DNA of 64,000 nt from an uncultured Planctomycetota bacterium (GCA_963823665.1 CAWGMQ010000008.1:1600001-1664000); one strand, 5' to 3'; shown: positions 51,054 through 63,250, counted from the first letter of the stretch. Numbers and translations: made by a program. Notes: generated from the letters alone by a model not told the origin.

Positions 51054-51632
51054 CTATGCGAGCGCCGCTTTCGGGGCAGCCGGGCGCACGATTGCTGCGA
51101 GCGCCAGACCGGCCAGGAACCAGCCGACCGTGTGTTCGATGGCCTGGGCGATCGTGAAGTCGAGCGGGAAGCCGTACCAGTTCCAGTATGGTATGCAGAC
51201 CATCACGAAACCGAAGACGCCCATCAACGTGACGCACAGCACGCGGATGACGAACCCGGGCCTGAGCTGGGTGACGAGAAACGCGGCCAGGATGCCGCAG
51301 ACGACGTTGGTCAGAAACTGTGGCAGCAAGTACTTGGGCAAGGCTGTTTCGACGCCTTCGGGGTGGATGATCAGGAAGCCGGTCGGGCCTTTGGCGGCCT
51401 TTTCCTGCAGGAGCTTTTGCTCTTCCGCCGATCTCGATTTCATCATCGCCCGACCGGGAAGGAGGTAGATCCCGGGCTCCTTTACGGAGTCTTTGACGGC
51501 GGAGGAGACGGGCGCTTCCTGCGGGAGATTATGGATTCCGGTTTCACCAAGCGGCAGCGCCTCGTGCGCCGCGAATCCCCAGAAGAAGATGATGATTCCG
51601 GCGACCAAGCCGCCGAGCAAGATTTTAACCAT
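51054..51632 (-). CDS. Hypothetical membrane protein
   Basis: Four hydrophobic segments; PGIY..PG, PYWNWYGFP. Confidence 0.75.
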   Translation of the reverse strand: MVKILLGGLVAGIIIFFWGFAAHEALPLGETGIHNLPQEAPVSSAVKDSVKEPGIYLLPGRAMMKSRSAEEQKLLQEKAAKGPTGFLIIHPEGVETALPKYLLPQFLTNVVCGILAAFLVTQLRPGFVIRVLCVTLMGVFGFVMVCIPYWNWYGFPLDFTIAQAIEHTVGWFLAGLALAAIVRPAAPKAALA

Positions 51633-51755
51633 CGCTTGTTCCCCGCAGTGGACAGACGGTTGCAGCCCTGGTTTTATCACGTGACGGTCCGAGGCATCAC
51701 GCGATATACTGTACAGTCGCATCCCATCGTCAGCAAGGGGAGCGGTCGAGTTTGT

Positions 51756-52875
51756 TCATCGACTTTCGAACCGGGCGATGCGCCCGCGCCTCGCCGACCG
51801 CCCAGCCTGCCTTGGCCGTGCTGAACGCCACGGCATGGAAGCCTTCCGGGCTGAGCTTCGTCCAGTTTTCGCCGCCATCGGTCGACCGGTCGGTTCCGGT
51901 AGGGCCAACGGCCAGCAGGGTTGGTCCGGGAGAGTCCGGTACGCGGATGACGGCGGAGCGATAGCCGGTGGGTTGCGAGCCCCTGAGGACTCTCCACGTT
52001 CGCCCGCCGTCGGAAGTGAGGGCGCAGAGCTTGTCCGCCTTTTCCGGCTCCTTAAAATCGCCACCGACGGCGACGCCATGGTCCGCATCCCAGAACGCGA
52101 GCGAGAATATTCCCGCGGAGCCGTTGCCGGCGCGGATGGGGGTCTGGTGGGCCGTCCAGTGCTGGCCACGGTCGGTGGTGTGGAAGACCCGTCCGGCGCC
52201 GGTGGCGAACCAGGCGTTTTTGTCGCCCTGAACGACGAGGCAGGTACCGCTGGCGGCGAATGCACCTTCCCCGGTCAATGCGGCGGGGATGCCGTTCGGC
52301 CCAACACGTGTCCAAGTCTTGCCAGCGTCGTCGGTCTTCAGCACCACAAAACACCCGTCTACCGGGTCGCCTAACGCGAGCCCAAGGTCTGCGTGCCAGA
52401 ACGCGAGGGCGTCGAGAAAGCCCGTCGGATCGGGGTTCGTGTGTTCGAGCGCCCAGGTTGCGCCGCCGTCAGATGTCTTGTAGATCCGCGAGAGATTGCC
52501 GGCACCAATCGACAGGATATGCGCGGTGCGCGCGTCGAACGCCTCGATGTCGCGAAAATCGCTCGCTTCCGCGCCGGGGACCATTCTGCGATTCCAAGTT
52601 TCGCCGCCATCGATGGTGAGCAGGACCGTGCCGCCGCTTCCGCTGGCCCACGCGACTTTTGCACTTACAGCGCTTACTCCCCGAAGTCGAGCGGATGAGC
52701 CAGAGCCCTCGAAGACCCACTGGGCGGCCGAATTCGCATGCAAGCACTGAGCCGCGAAGAGCGCGAGCGCCCATCCCAGGGCGACGCGTGCTCTCAGCGT
52801 TTTGAGAAGAGCTGGCCGAAGTTTGCAAGGACGCGGACGAAGCCACTTGGCGGCGGCTTGGTTTCGGGCGTGCAT
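51756..52875 (-). CDS. YCF48/BNR-repeat beta-propeller protein; apparent 3' frameshift near 51787; start uncertain
   Basis: Repeated T.DGG.TW (BNR), WASGSGG, DFRDIEAFD, GEGAFAASGT; natural end VGEAGRIARFESR lies in the alternative frame. Confidence 0.8.
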
Positions 52876-53084
52876 TGGCGGAAGAGATCCTCGAGAGTCC
52901 GACGGAATCGCCAGTCCAGGCTGATCGCGCTGAGCTGGTCAAACTCGGCCTTGCTCATGTAGCCATGGAAGACGAGTTTGTGCGCCTCGGCGTTATATTC
53001 TAGCCGACTGCCGAACTTGGGAGGCACTGCGAAATCGTCAGGCAGCTTCTCCAACGTGACGAAGTGATCCATGGGATCATCCAT
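52794..53084 (-). CDS. Small hypothetical protein
   Basis: Protein-like composition and codon usage (MDHFVTLEKLP...GYMSKAEFDQL). Confidence 0.6.
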   Translation of the reverse strand: MDDPMDHFVTLEKLPDDFAVPPKFGSRLEYNAEAHKLVFHGYMSKAEFDQLSAISLDWRFRRTLEDLFRQCTPETKPPPSGFVRVLANFGQLFSKR

Positions 53085-54129
53085 CAATCTATGGGCATAC
53101 GGCGTCGCGCCGGTGCGTCCTGACCAGCGTGTCGCGACGAATGTGAGGGAGATTCATCCTCCACCCCATGTCTATTGTTACTATTCGTCGAAAGACAGCG
53201 ACAGGCGTCAGGGTTTGAATGGGTTTTGATTCTGCTGCGGCGATGCGGTGCGGAGGAGGAAGGTGGTAACGAAGAGGCGAAGGGACCGAGAGTTGATCGA
53301 CGCGGCGGTGGCGCCGGGGTTTTCATCTGCGCCGGGCCGCGTTTACGGAGTGAATTTTCTTTCCTAATCGATCTCATCGCTGGAACCCGGAAACTTTCTG
53401 GAAAACTCCAGGTCGATGGCGTCTTGAATCGGCAAAGTGGTCGCATATTGTATGTGAGCGAGTGCGCTGCGTGCTGGCGTTTTGGAGCCGGCGCGTGGCG
53501 ACATCCGCGTCATGGAGGCTCACCCGGAGATCGGAGGAATTCATTCATGACCGAGGGAAGTGTTGCAGGGGCTCGAAGCGTTCCTATTGACTTTCGCCCC
53601 GTTGGGGCGGGAACTGGCCGGGGGAGTGGCCGACAGGAGTGCCGGCCTTGCGCCGTCCGCGCCGGCGTGTGCGCACGGACTCAATTCCGATCAAGTTCAG
53701 GATTCAGAACTCGGTTGGTTTACACTAGTGTACGGATGCTGAAGGACCCCCGTAATATTGCCACTTTTTGCCATTTTTTCGACGGGTTCAACGATCGTTT
53801 CGTGTGGAGTAGCTGCGCTGCAAGTCTAATGGATATAACCAAATAGGAACAGAGCGATGGCATTCTTCGGCGATGGTAAAAGCTCGTGGCACGGGTCACC
53901 GAAAATTGCCATTACAAATCGATGGTGTTGTTCACTATGTTTTTGGCCCTTTTTTCAGTGAAGTCCAACCGAGATCCGCACCGCTACAGGTACAGGCGAG
54001 TGCGCGAGGTTTTCGCTGGATCAAGCTCCAGTTTCCACCACTCCGGACGGACGCTCGACTTTGCGCGTCGGGACGGTTGGAATGGTAAACGGCGGTGGAG
54101 CGGACTCGAGCTCAGAAAGAGGGAAACCC

Positions 54130-54951
54130 ATGACTCGACGGCACGCGGTGGCGTTTGCTTTATCGGCGGCAGTTCTGACGGCGCTGGGCTCGCGCGGAAT
54201 TGGCCAGGATGAGCCCAAGGTGGGGTTCAAGGACACCCCGATGCTGCCCGGCGGGAAGTGGCATGTGCATGACGGCGATCGGCCTCGCCCGCCGGTGATC
54301 ACGCCGGGGACGTGCAGCACTCAGCAAGAACCAGGGCAAGCGCCGTCCGACGCCGTGATCTTGTTCGACGGCAAGGACCTCTCGCACTGGCGGGGCCGGC
54401 GGGGGCAGCCGGCGGACTGGAAAGTCGAGGACGGGGCGATGGTGATCAAGTCGGGCGCGGGTGAAATCAGGTCGACGGAGGAATTCGGAGACTGCCAGCT
54501 TCATCTCGAGTTCGCGGCACCCGTGCCGGCGCGAGGCCGGGACCAGGGACGGGGCAACAGCGGGGTGATGTTCTTCGGGCGGTATGAGATCCAGGTGCTC
54601 GACAGTTTTGAGAACGTGACGTACGCCGACGGGCAGGCGGCCGCGATTTACGGGCAATATCCGCCTCTGGTCAACGCGTCGCGACCGCCGGGGCAGTGGC
54701 AGACGTATGACATCATATTCACCGCACCAAGATTCAAGCCGGACGGATCGCTGGAATCGGCGGCGTTCGTGACGATGCTGCACAACGGCGTGCTGGTGCA
54801 CAACCACGCCGCGGTTATTGGCGCCATGGCGTACCGGGCCGTCGGAAAGTACTCACCGCACGGGCCAAAGGGGCCGATCTTGCTTCAAGACCACGGTAAC
54901 CCGGTTCGGTTCCGTAACATTTGGGTTCGGGAGATACGCGAAGTGCAATAA
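54130..54951 (+). CDS. DUF1080 (3-keto-disaccharide hydrolase-like) secreted protein
   Basis: APSDAVILFDGKDL, FGDCQLHLEF, QGRGNSGV, YEIQVLDS, WQTYDI, LQDHG..VRFRNIW. Confidence 0.92.
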   Translation: MTRRHAVAFALSAAVLTALGSRGIGQDEPKVGFKDTPMLPGGKWHVHDGDRPRPPVITPGTCSTQQEPGQAPSDAVILFDGKDLSHWRGRRGQPADWKVEDGAMVIKSGAGEIRSTEEFGDCQLHLEFAAPVPARGRDQGRGNSGVMFFGRYEIQVLDSFENVTYADGQAAAIYGQYPPLVNASRPPGQWQTYDIIFTAPRFKPDGSLESAAFVTMLHNGVLVHNHAAVIGAMAYRAVGKYSPHGPKGPILLQDHGNPVRFRNIWVREIREVQ

Positions 54952-55048
54952 CAGCAATCGGTTACGACAAGGCGTTTACACCGCCCGAGGACATGGGCCT
55001 GGTTCAACGGGAGCGAGGGCGAAATTACACCTTCAATGGTCCGCAGCA

Positions 55049-55113
55049 CGTAGGGTGGGTGAAACCCACCGGCCGTAGTGTTATACGGGATGATGGGTTA
55101 CACCCACCCTACG
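55049..55113. repeat. Inverted REP pair (REPIN-like)
   Basis: CGTAGGGTGGGTGAAACCCA ... TGGGTTACACCCACCCTACG. Confidence 0.8.
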
Positions 55114-55408
55114 AAGAGAATGGTAGTCCCGTTGCACTCCAACCGCGTCCAGGAGTGTTACGTGCGTTTGAACCAGGCCGACACATGGAAAGAAACGTGC
55201 GTGCGAGTCCGGAGTTCCTCGCACTGACGCTTAACATCATAGAGAGCACGACCTCAGGGCGGCCAATCACCGGATTGCAATTTTTGTTTAACCGAATCGC
55301 CCTTCCTGATAGATTATTGAGTTGTCGCCACTTTTTCGAACGACGACCCACCCCGCAAGAGTCCCTCCGTTTTTCGGTCAGGCCAAATTGAAAAGTTGGG
55401 CAATAGCC

Positions 55409-57850
55409 ATGCGTGATCGGGCGCGCCGCCGCGGTACGTGCCACGGCGTCTGTGCACTGCTCGCGACCCTCGCACTTTGCGGGAGCGCGGCGGCGGGTGA
55501 TGGAAGCGCTGCCATTGCCCGATTCGAGGAGACGGTCCAGCCCATCCTCATCGACTACTGCTACCGCTGCCACGCCGACGGCATGAAGAAAGGCGATCTT
55601 GCGTTCGATCAATCACAGATCGGCGACCTCGTCAAGAAACGAGACTTGTGGCTGGCGGTGCTCAAGAACGTGCGCTCGGGACTGATGCCGCCGGCAGGTA
55701 AGCCACGGCCGAGCGAAGCGGAGGTTCAGCAGCTCGCGCAGTGGATCAAGTCCGACGTGTTCGAGATCGACCCTGCCAACCCGGACCCGGGCCGAGGCAC
55801 GATCCGGCGTCTCAATCGCGCTGAATACCGCAACACCATCCGCGATCTGACGGGATATGACTTCAAAGTCGAGGAAGAATTCCCGCCAGATGACTCGGGC
55901 TACGGGTTTGATAATATCGCCGACGTCCTCTCGGTTTCGCCGCTGCTGCTGGAGAAGTACATCCAGGCGGCGGAGTCGATCGTCGCAGCCGCCGTTCCGA
56001 CCGTCTCGCGACTGATTCCGGAACGGAGCTACCGCGGAACCGAGTTTCGCGCTGTGGAAGGACCGGGCAACGGCGATCGGATGAGCGTCTACAACAAAGC
56101 AAAAGTCAGGCGGATGATCATCGCCGACATCGACGGAGACTACCGTCTGGCGATGGAAGTTGCAGTACATGGCTCGTTCGTTTATGACCCCGGCCGGTGC
56201 AGGATGGTTGCGCGGCTCGACGAGAAAGAGCTGGTCCGCGACACCTACGCGTGGCAGGACGGCAAGGTTTATCGTTATTCGTTCACCGAACCGCTCAAGG
56301 CCGGCGACCATCACGTGAGTTTCGAGATCGAGCCGCTTGCGGACCCGCAGGTGCAAAAAAAGGCGTCGAACACGTCTGTTGATGTCCGAATCGTCTCGGT
56401 GAAGTTTCAAGGCCCGCTTGATCCGAAGCACTGGTCGCACCCGAAGAACTACGATCGGTTCTTTGCGAAAGAAGAGCCCCCGCAAGGGGAAGCCGAGCGG
56501 CGTGCGTATGCCCGGGAAGTTTTGTCCCGGTTTGCGACGCAAGCGTTCCGCCGCCCGGTGGATCCGGAGGCACTCGAGAAGCTCGTCGCGATGGCGGAGA
56601 AGATCTACCGCCTGCCCGGCCAGCGGTTTGAACAGGGCGTGGCGCGGGCGATGGTCGCCGTGCTCGCGTCGCCGCGATTTGTCTTCCGGGTCGAGGCAAG
56701 CGGGCCAGACGCGAACGCGGCGGGCCAGAAATACCTGCCGGTCGATGAATACACGCTCGCTTCTCGGCTCTCCTACTTCCTCTGGTCGACAATGCCGGAT
56801 GCCGAGCTTTTTCGCGCGGCCGAGCGCGGCGAGCTCAGGAAGAATCTGGCGGCCCAGATCAAACGCATGCTGGACGACCCGCGCAGCGAGGCGCTCTATC
56901 GCAATTTCGTCGGGCAGTGGCTCCAGGTTCGTGATGTGGACGGGTTTACCATCAACACCCGCGTCGTCCTGAGGCAGGAGGGAAGCAGGGCGAGGATCGA
57001 GCTCGACGGCCAGACCCGCCGCGCGATGCGCAACGAGACCGAGATGGTATTCGCCCACATTGCGCGTGAAGATCGCAGCGTGCTCGAACTGATCGATAGC
57101 GATTACACCTTCTTGAACGCCAAACTGGCCGAGCTTTATGGGATCAAGGGCGTGAGCGGGAGCCAGATGCAGAAAGTGACGTTGCCGAAAGACAGCCCGC
57201 GCGGGGGGGTACTGACCCATGCGTCGGTGCTGCTGGTGACATCGAACCCGACCCGAACGTCGCCGGTGAAGCGCGGCCAGTTCATCCTGGAGAACTTGCT
57301 GGGGACGCCCGCACCGCCGCCGCCGGCCGTCGTTCCGCCGCTGGAGGATGCCAAGAAGGAATTCAAGGATCGAGAGCCGACCGGCCGCGAGCTACTGGCG
57401 CTGCATCGCGCGCAGCCTTTGTGCGCGTCGTGCCACGCGCGGATGGACCCGATGGGGCTCGCGCTTGAGAATTTCAACGCAATGGGTCTCTGGCGTGATA
57501 AGGAGCGCGGGCAGCCGATTGATTCGACCGGGAAGCTCCTGAGCGGTGAATCGTTCCGCGACGCGAGAGAGCTCAAGCGCATTCTGAAGGAGGGGCACAA
57601 GGCCGATTTCTATCGCTGCATCTCTGAAAAACTCCTGACTTATGCCCTGGGACGCGGACTGGATTATAATGACGTCGAGGCCGTGGACCGAATTGTGGAG
57701 CGGTTGAATGGTGCAGGAGGGCGGTTTTCCGCCTTGCTCGTGGGAGTGATCGAATCGACACCGTTTCAAAAGCGGCGGAGCGTTTCCACCGTGAGCACCG
57801 CATCGAGCGGGTCTCGAGAACTCAGTCAACAGGCACGGTCAAAGCCATGA
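55409..57850 (+). CDS. DUF1592/1588/1587/1595/1585 (PSD2-5) cytochrome c-containing protein
   Basis: CYRCH, RRLNRAEYRNTIRDL, LASRLSYFLWSTMPD, TSPVKRG, CASCH, TYALGR. Confidence 0.92.
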   Translation: MRDRARRRGTCHGVCALLATLALCGSAAAGDGSAAIARFEETVQPILIDYCYRCHADGMKKGDLAFDQSQIGDLVKKRDLWLAVLKNVRSGLMPPAGKPRPSEAEVQQLAQWIKSDVFEIDPANPDPGRGTIRRLNRAEYRNTIRDLTGYDFKVEEEFPPDDSGYGFDNIADVLSVSPLLLEKYIQAAESIVAAAVPTVSRLIPERSYRGTEFRAVEGPGNGDRMSVYNKAKVRRMIIADIDGDYRLAMEVAVHGSFVYDPGRCRMVARLDEKELVRDTYAWQDGKVYRYSFTEPLKAGDHHVSFEIEPLADPQVQKKASNTSVDVRIVSVKFQGPLDPKHWSHPKNYDRFFAKEEPPQGEAERRAYAREVLSRFATQAFRRPVDPEALEKLVAMAEKIYRLPGQRFEQGVARAMVAVLASPRFVFRVEASGPDANAAGQKYLPVDEYTLASRLSYFLWSTMPDAELFRAAERGELRKNLAAQIKRMLDDPRSEALYRNFVGQWLQVRDVDGFTINTRVVLRQEGSRARIELDGQTRRAMRNETEMVFAHIAREDRSVLELIDSDYTFLNAKLAELYGIKGVSGSQMQKVTLPKDSPRGGVLTHASVLLVTSNPTRTSPVKRGQFILENLLGTPAPPPPAVVPPLEDAKKEFKDREPTGRELLALHRAQPLCASCHARMDPMGLALENFNAMGLWRDKERGQPIDSTGKLLSGESFRDARELKRILKEGHKADFYRCISEKLLTYALGRGLDYNDVEAVDRIVERLNGAGGRFSALLVGVIESTPFQKRRSVSTVSTASSGSRELSQQARSKP

Positions 57851-59253
57851 ACCAAGTCCATTCGCGAAAAGAAATGGCGGGAGCCGCAACCGCGAGCGAG
57901 TCGAGCCGTCGTGCATTCCTGCGAGGCGCGGGGGTGGCGCTGGCCCTTCCCGCGCTCGAATCGATGCTGCCCGCCGGCGTGGCTGCTGCCACGAAAGATG
58001 CGAGCAAACTGGCGGTGACGGCGACGGGGGCTCCGCTGCGGATGGCGTATGTCTACGTGCCCAACGGGGTGCACCAGAGCTACTGGTGGCCCAAGACGGA
58101 AGGCAAGGATTTCGAGCTGACCAAGACGCTCCAGCCGCTGGAGAAAGTCAAACAGCATATCCAGATCCTGGGCGGCCTCGATCAAATCAATGCGACCGCC
58201 GGACCTGACGGGCCTGGAGATCACGCCCGAGCCAGCGGCTCGTTTCTCACGGGTGTGCGGGTGAAGAAGACGGCCGGTGCCGACATTCATGCGGGCATTT
58301 CGGTCGACCAGTTGGCCGCGCAGCGAATCGGTCACTTGACACGATTTCCATCGCTCGAGCTCACGTGTGACGCGGTGCGGAAATCCGGGTCGTGTGATTC
58401 GGGCTACTCGTGCGCCTACCAGTACAATCTGTCGTGGAGCGGACCGACCCTGCCGGTCGCGCCTGAGCCAAACCCGCGGCTCGTGTTCGAGCGGCTCTTC
58501 GGAGCCGGTGCTCCGGCCGAGCGGCGCAAGAACCTGGCGCTGCGCCGGGAGCAGCAGCGGTCGATTCTGGACTTCGTGCTCGAAGACACGCGCAAGCTCG
58601 AGAAAGAGCTCGGCGGCGGCGACCAGCAGAAGCTCGATGAGTACCTGGCGGGCGTGCGCGAAATCGAGCGGCGGATCCAGGAGGCCGAAAAGTTCAAGGA
58701 AACGCCAAATCCCAACGTTGAAACGCCGACGGGAGTTCCGGGCAGCTTTCCCGAGCACATCGGGCTCATGTTCGACATGATGGTCCTGGCATTCCAGACC
58801 GACTCGACCCGCGTTGCCACATTCTTGCTGGCGAACGAAGGGAGCAACCGGACATTCCCGGAAATAGGAATCTCGGAGGGCCATCACAACTTGTCGCATC
58901 ACTTCGGCAAGAAAGACATGATGGAGAAAATCGGCTCGATCGACCTCTGGTATGTGCAGCAACTGGCGAAGTTCCTCGAGAAGCTCGAGTCGATCAAAGA
59001 TGTCGATGGGCATTCAATCCTGCACAATTCCATGATCATCTACGGCAGCGGAAACTCCGACGGCAATCGGCACACGCATTCGAACCTGCCCATCATCCTG
59101 GCCGGAAAGGGTGGCGGAGACTTGACCGCCGGCCGCTACTGCAAATTCAAACCCAAGCCACTCAATAACCTCTACCTCAATATGCTTGACCGCATGGGCG
59201 TCGACGGCGTCCCTCGACTTGGTGATTCCACGGGCCGACTCGAAGGGGTTTGA
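57847..59253 (+). CDS. DUF1552 family protein (Tat signal)
   Basis: SRRAFLRGAGVALALP.LESM, YVPNG, ISVDQ, LAFQTDSTRV, HHNLSH, DSTG. Confidence 0.92.
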   Translation: MNQVHSRKEMAGAATASESSRRAFLRGAGVALALPALESMLPAGVAAATKDASKLAVTATGAPLRMAYVYVPNGVHQSYWWPKTEGKDFELTKTLQPLEKVKQHIQILGGLDQINATAGPDGPGDHARASGSFLTGVRVKKTAGADIHAGISVDQLAAQRIGHLTRFPSLELTCDAVRKSGSCDSGYSCAYQYNLSWSGPTLPVAPEPNPRLVFERLFGAGAPAERRKNLALRREQQRSILDFVLEDTRKLEKELGGGDQQKLDEYLAGVREIERRIQEAEKFKETPNPNVETPTGVPGSFPEHIGLMFDMMVLAFQTDSTRVATFLLANEGSNRTFPEIGISEGHHNLSHHFGKKDMMEKIGSIDLWYVQQLAKFLEKLESIKDVDGHSILHNSMIIYGSGNSDGNRHTHSNLPIILAGKGGGDLTAGRYCKFKPKPLNNLYLNMLDRMGVDGVPRLGDSTGRLEGV

Positions 59254-59512
59254 CGCGTCCGATCGGACGTTCGATTCCTTCCTTTCAGCGCACCGGCAAG
59301 CGCGCGACGGTGGTCGTTCCCTGCGCCCCCGGCGTGAGATTCACACAAATCGCGACCATGGAAATGTGCGAACTGTTTGGCGATTTCGACCAAAACAATC
59401 CGGGGAAATTCCCCAGCCGGGTGTTGAAAGCGGCGTCATTCGTGCTCATTCTATGGCGTGGATTGCCTCGGCGCGTGACAGGCGGATTCTGGTTCCAGCG
59501 CGAGCCGATTGA

Positions 59513-60174
59513 ATGCCGCAGATTTTTCATCCGAGTGCCAACACGTTGTCGCGGCTGACGATTTTCGGCGCCGTCGGGATCGTGCTCGGCCTCTTGCTCT
59601 TGAGCTACCTGATTCTTCAGTCTCCGTATCAAACCCAGGTGCGCGTGGTTCGGCCTCAGCCGGTGCCTTTCTCGCACGAGCACCATGTCAGCGGCCTGGG
59701 AATCGACTGCCGCTACTGCCACACTTCGGTCGAGACCTCGTCGTTTGCGGGTCTGCCGCCCACCCATACGTGCATGTCGTGCCACTCGCAGATCTGGGCG
59801 GCGAGCCCGATGCTCGAGCCGGTGCGCGACCAGCCTGGCTCAGAACAAACCGCTGGAATGGACGAGGGTCCACGATCTTCCGGACTTCGTCTATTTCAAC
59901 CACGCGATTCATGTTCAGAAGGGGGTGGGTTGCGTGTCGTGCCACGGGCGCGTGGACAAGATGCCCATGACGTGGAAGGAGGAGCCGATGACGATGAGCT
60001 GGTGTCTGGATTGTCACCGCCATCCGGAGCGGCATCTGCGGGAAAAGAGTGAGGTGCTCGTGATGGACCTGCGCTCTCACCTCGGCGCAGCAAACCAAGA
60101 GAGGGCGAGAACTCGTCAAGCGAAACCATGTCGAAGTCGATCGACTGACCAACTGTTCGGTGTGCCACCGATGA
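59513..60174 (+). CDS. actA: Alternative complex III pentaheme cytochrome c subunit; two apparent frameshifts (~59827, ~60072)
   Basis: QPVPFSHEHH; five hemes across frames: CRYCH, CMSCH, CVSCH, CLDCH, CSVCH. Confidence 0.88.
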
Positions 60175-63100
60175 AACAGCTACCCGAATTGACTGTGCTC
60201 GACAACGTGCCGCCCGATCGGAGGCTCGAGCCTGCGCTCGGCGGTGCGATCGCCGGTTGTGTGGAGGAGCCTCGAAGAGCTAGCCGGGGTCGCACAGGAG
60301 GAGGAGGTCTCGAGCGCCCTATTTCTGGCGAGGGTGGAAGGAATCGCTGACCGGGCCCAACCGGCGAGATTTCCTGAAGGTTTCGGCTGCGTCACTGGCG
60401 CTGGCCGGTCTTTCGGGGTGTGCCTATCAGCCGGCCGAATCGATCGTTCCGTACGTGCAGGCCCCCGAGGAGATCGTTCCCGGCCGGCCGCTTTTTTTTG
60501 CTTCGGCGGTGCCGATCGACGGATTCGCCTGCGGCGTGCTGGTCAAGAGTGAGATGGGCAGGCCGATCAAGATCGAAGGCAACCCTGCGCATCCGGCGAG
60601 CCTGGGAGCGACGGATATCTTCGGGCAGGCTGCGCTCCTGGGGCTTTACGACCCTGATCGGTCTCAACTGATCACGCGCGGCGGTCGGATCGAGATCCTG
60701 GGAACATTTCCAGAGCCTGGTGCTCGATACTCGGGAATCGCTGCGCTCGAAGAAAGGCTCGGGTTTACGAATCCTGACGCAGACCGTGGCCTCGCCGACT
60801 CTGGCCGATCAGCTTCACCGGCTGCTCGAGCAGTTTCCCGAAGCCAGGTGGCACGCGTACGAGAGCGTGTCGCGCGATGCAATTCGTGCGGGCACGCGAC
60901 TGGCATTCGGGGACGAGCTCGAGCCGGTGCATCATTTTGAGAAGGCGGACGTCATTGTGTCGCTCGAATCCGACTTCCTCGCGTGGGGACCGGCGCGGCT
61001 CAAGGATGCGCGCGCGTTCGCCGCGCGGCGGAACGCCATCGACGTCGGCACGGCCGGCTCGATGAACCGGCTGTACGTCGTCGAATCCACGCCGAGCTTG
61101 ACCGGCGCCGCGGCCGATCACCGGCTGGCGATAGCCTCGCGGGACGTGGCGAAGGCTGGCGAGTGCGGTTGCCGATGCGATCGAGCAAGGGAACGCGGGC
61201 GGGCCCGCAAATGGCGACCTTCCCAAGGGACTGTCTACGCATTCCGGCTGGATCACGGCCGTCGTGCGCGATCTGACTGCGAACCGCGGCAAGAGCCTGG
61301 TCATCGCGGGCGACAGTCAGCCGGCGTGGGTTCATGCGCTGGCCCACTTCATGAATCAGGCGCTGGGCAATATCGGCAAGACCGTGGAGTTATTTCCCGC
61401 GGGCAGACGTTGGGCCGGCGGACCAGATCGGCTCGATTGGCGAGCTAGTCCGCGACACCCTAGCCGGCCGGGTCGAGACGCTCTTCATCCTCGGCGGCAA
61501 CCCCGCGTATGATGCACCGGCGGATCTGGATTTTGCCCGGGTGCTGGCATCGGAACGGACGAAGCTGCGCATCCACCTGGGGCAATACGACGATGAGACG
61601 GCACGGCTCTGCCACTGGCACATCCCTCAAGGGCACTTTCTGGAGACATGGAGCGACCTGCGAGCGTTTGATGGCACGGTTACGATTCAACAACCGCTTA
61701 TCGCTCCTCTGTACGAAGGGAGATCGGCGCACGAGCTACTGGCGCTCTTAATGGGGCAGCCCGAGCTTTCGGGACTCGAGATCGTGCGCGACTACTGGAA
61801 ACGACAGGGATTGGGCGGTGAATTTGAAGGGAAGTGGCGAGAGGCGCTCGAGGCGGGTCTGATCAAGGGGACGACCGCGGAGCCGAAATCCGTGGGTGCG
61901 GCCAAGAGGCCGCCGAAACCGTCTTCGGATCCGGACGACGAAACGGGAAACCTGGAAATCGTCTTCCGGCCCGACCCGACGATCTGGGACGGGCGGTACG
62001 CCAATAGCGGTTGGCTTCAGGAATTGCCCAAGCCGCTTGCGAAGCTCTCGTGGGACAACGCAGCACTTCTGAGCCCGGCGACCGCGCGTAGACTCGGGGT
62101 GACAAACGAAGATGTGCTGGAGCTCGACTATCGCGGCCGCTCGACGAGAATGCCGGCCTGGATCATGCCGGGGCAGGCCGATCAATCGATCACTGTCTTT
62201 CTGGGGCATGGACGTCGCCGGGCGGGAAGGGTCGGGACGGGCGTGGGTGTCGATGTGTCTGCGATGCGCCATTCAGACGCGCCATGGTTCGGCAGCGGCC
62301 TCGAAGTCAGGAAAACCGGGGAGCGCCGGCGGCTGGCCGCAATGCATCATCACTTCAACATGGAAGGAAGGGATTTGATCCGCACGGGGACGCTGGAGGA
62401 GTATCGTCGTGAGCCACGCTTATTCCAGCGCGCAGAGCACGAAGCGAATCGCGGCCAGAGCTTGATCGATGAGCCAAAGCCACAGGCGGAGCATGAAAAA
62501 GGGGAGGGAAACGCCTGGGGGATGGTGATTGATTTGAACACGTGCATCGGGTGCGCGGCTTGCGTGGTGGCCTGCCAGGCCGAGAACAACATTCCGGTTG
62601 TGGGCCGCGAGCAGGTTCTGGCGTCGCGCGAGATGCACTGGCTGCGTATCGATCGTTATTTTGAAGGCGAAGACGCGGCCAACCCCAAGGTCGATTTTCA
62701 GCCCGTTCCGTGCATGCATTGCGAGAAGGCTCCGTGCGAGGTTGTCTGCCCCACGGGGGCGACAACGCACAGCGCGGAAGGGCTCAACGAGATGACGTAC
62801 AACCGCTGCGTGGGCACGCGCTACTGCTCGAACAACTGCCCGTACAAGGTGCGGCGGTTCAACTTCCTGCATTATGTAGACGACGAGAGCCCAACGCTCA
62901 AGCTGATGCGAAACCCGGACGTGACCGTGAGGTCGCGCGGGGTGATGGAAAAGTGCACGTACTGCGTGCAGCGGATCAACGCGGCCAGGATTGCGGCGAT
63001 GATCGAGAACCGGGCCGTCGGCGGTGACGAGGTGGTGACGGCGTGTCAGGCGGCATGCCCGGCCAGTGCGATCACGTTCGGCAATCTCAACGATCCGCAA

Positions 63101-63250
63101 AGTGCGGTCGTGAAGGCGAAGGGCGGCCCGCGCAATTATGTTCTTCTGGAAGAGCTGAATACGCGGCCACGGACAAGTTATCTGGCGAAGCTACGCAATC
63201 CCAACCCCGAGATCGAGGCGAGCGAACGCCATGAATCGCAGCGATCCTGA
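60171..63250 (+). CDS. actB: Alternative complex III molybdopterin-like + Fe-S subunit; several apparent frameshifts in the 5' half
   Basis: WRSLEEL, RRDFLK Tat motif, [63 protein letters not shown]. Confidence 0.9.

Noticed and set aside
53887..53901. Sigma-54 promoter (TGGCACG)
   Set aside because: No TTGC at the -12 position
59333..59372. CRP/Rex-like site upstream of actA (GTGAGATTCACACA...TGTGCGAA)
   Set aside because: Half-site spacing does not fit the consensus; too weak to call
59513..61540. True pseudogenisation or programmed frameshifting of actA/actB
   Set aside because: All heme and Fe-S motifs are conserved, there are no slippery heptamers, and similar indels occur across the window; more likely sequence error
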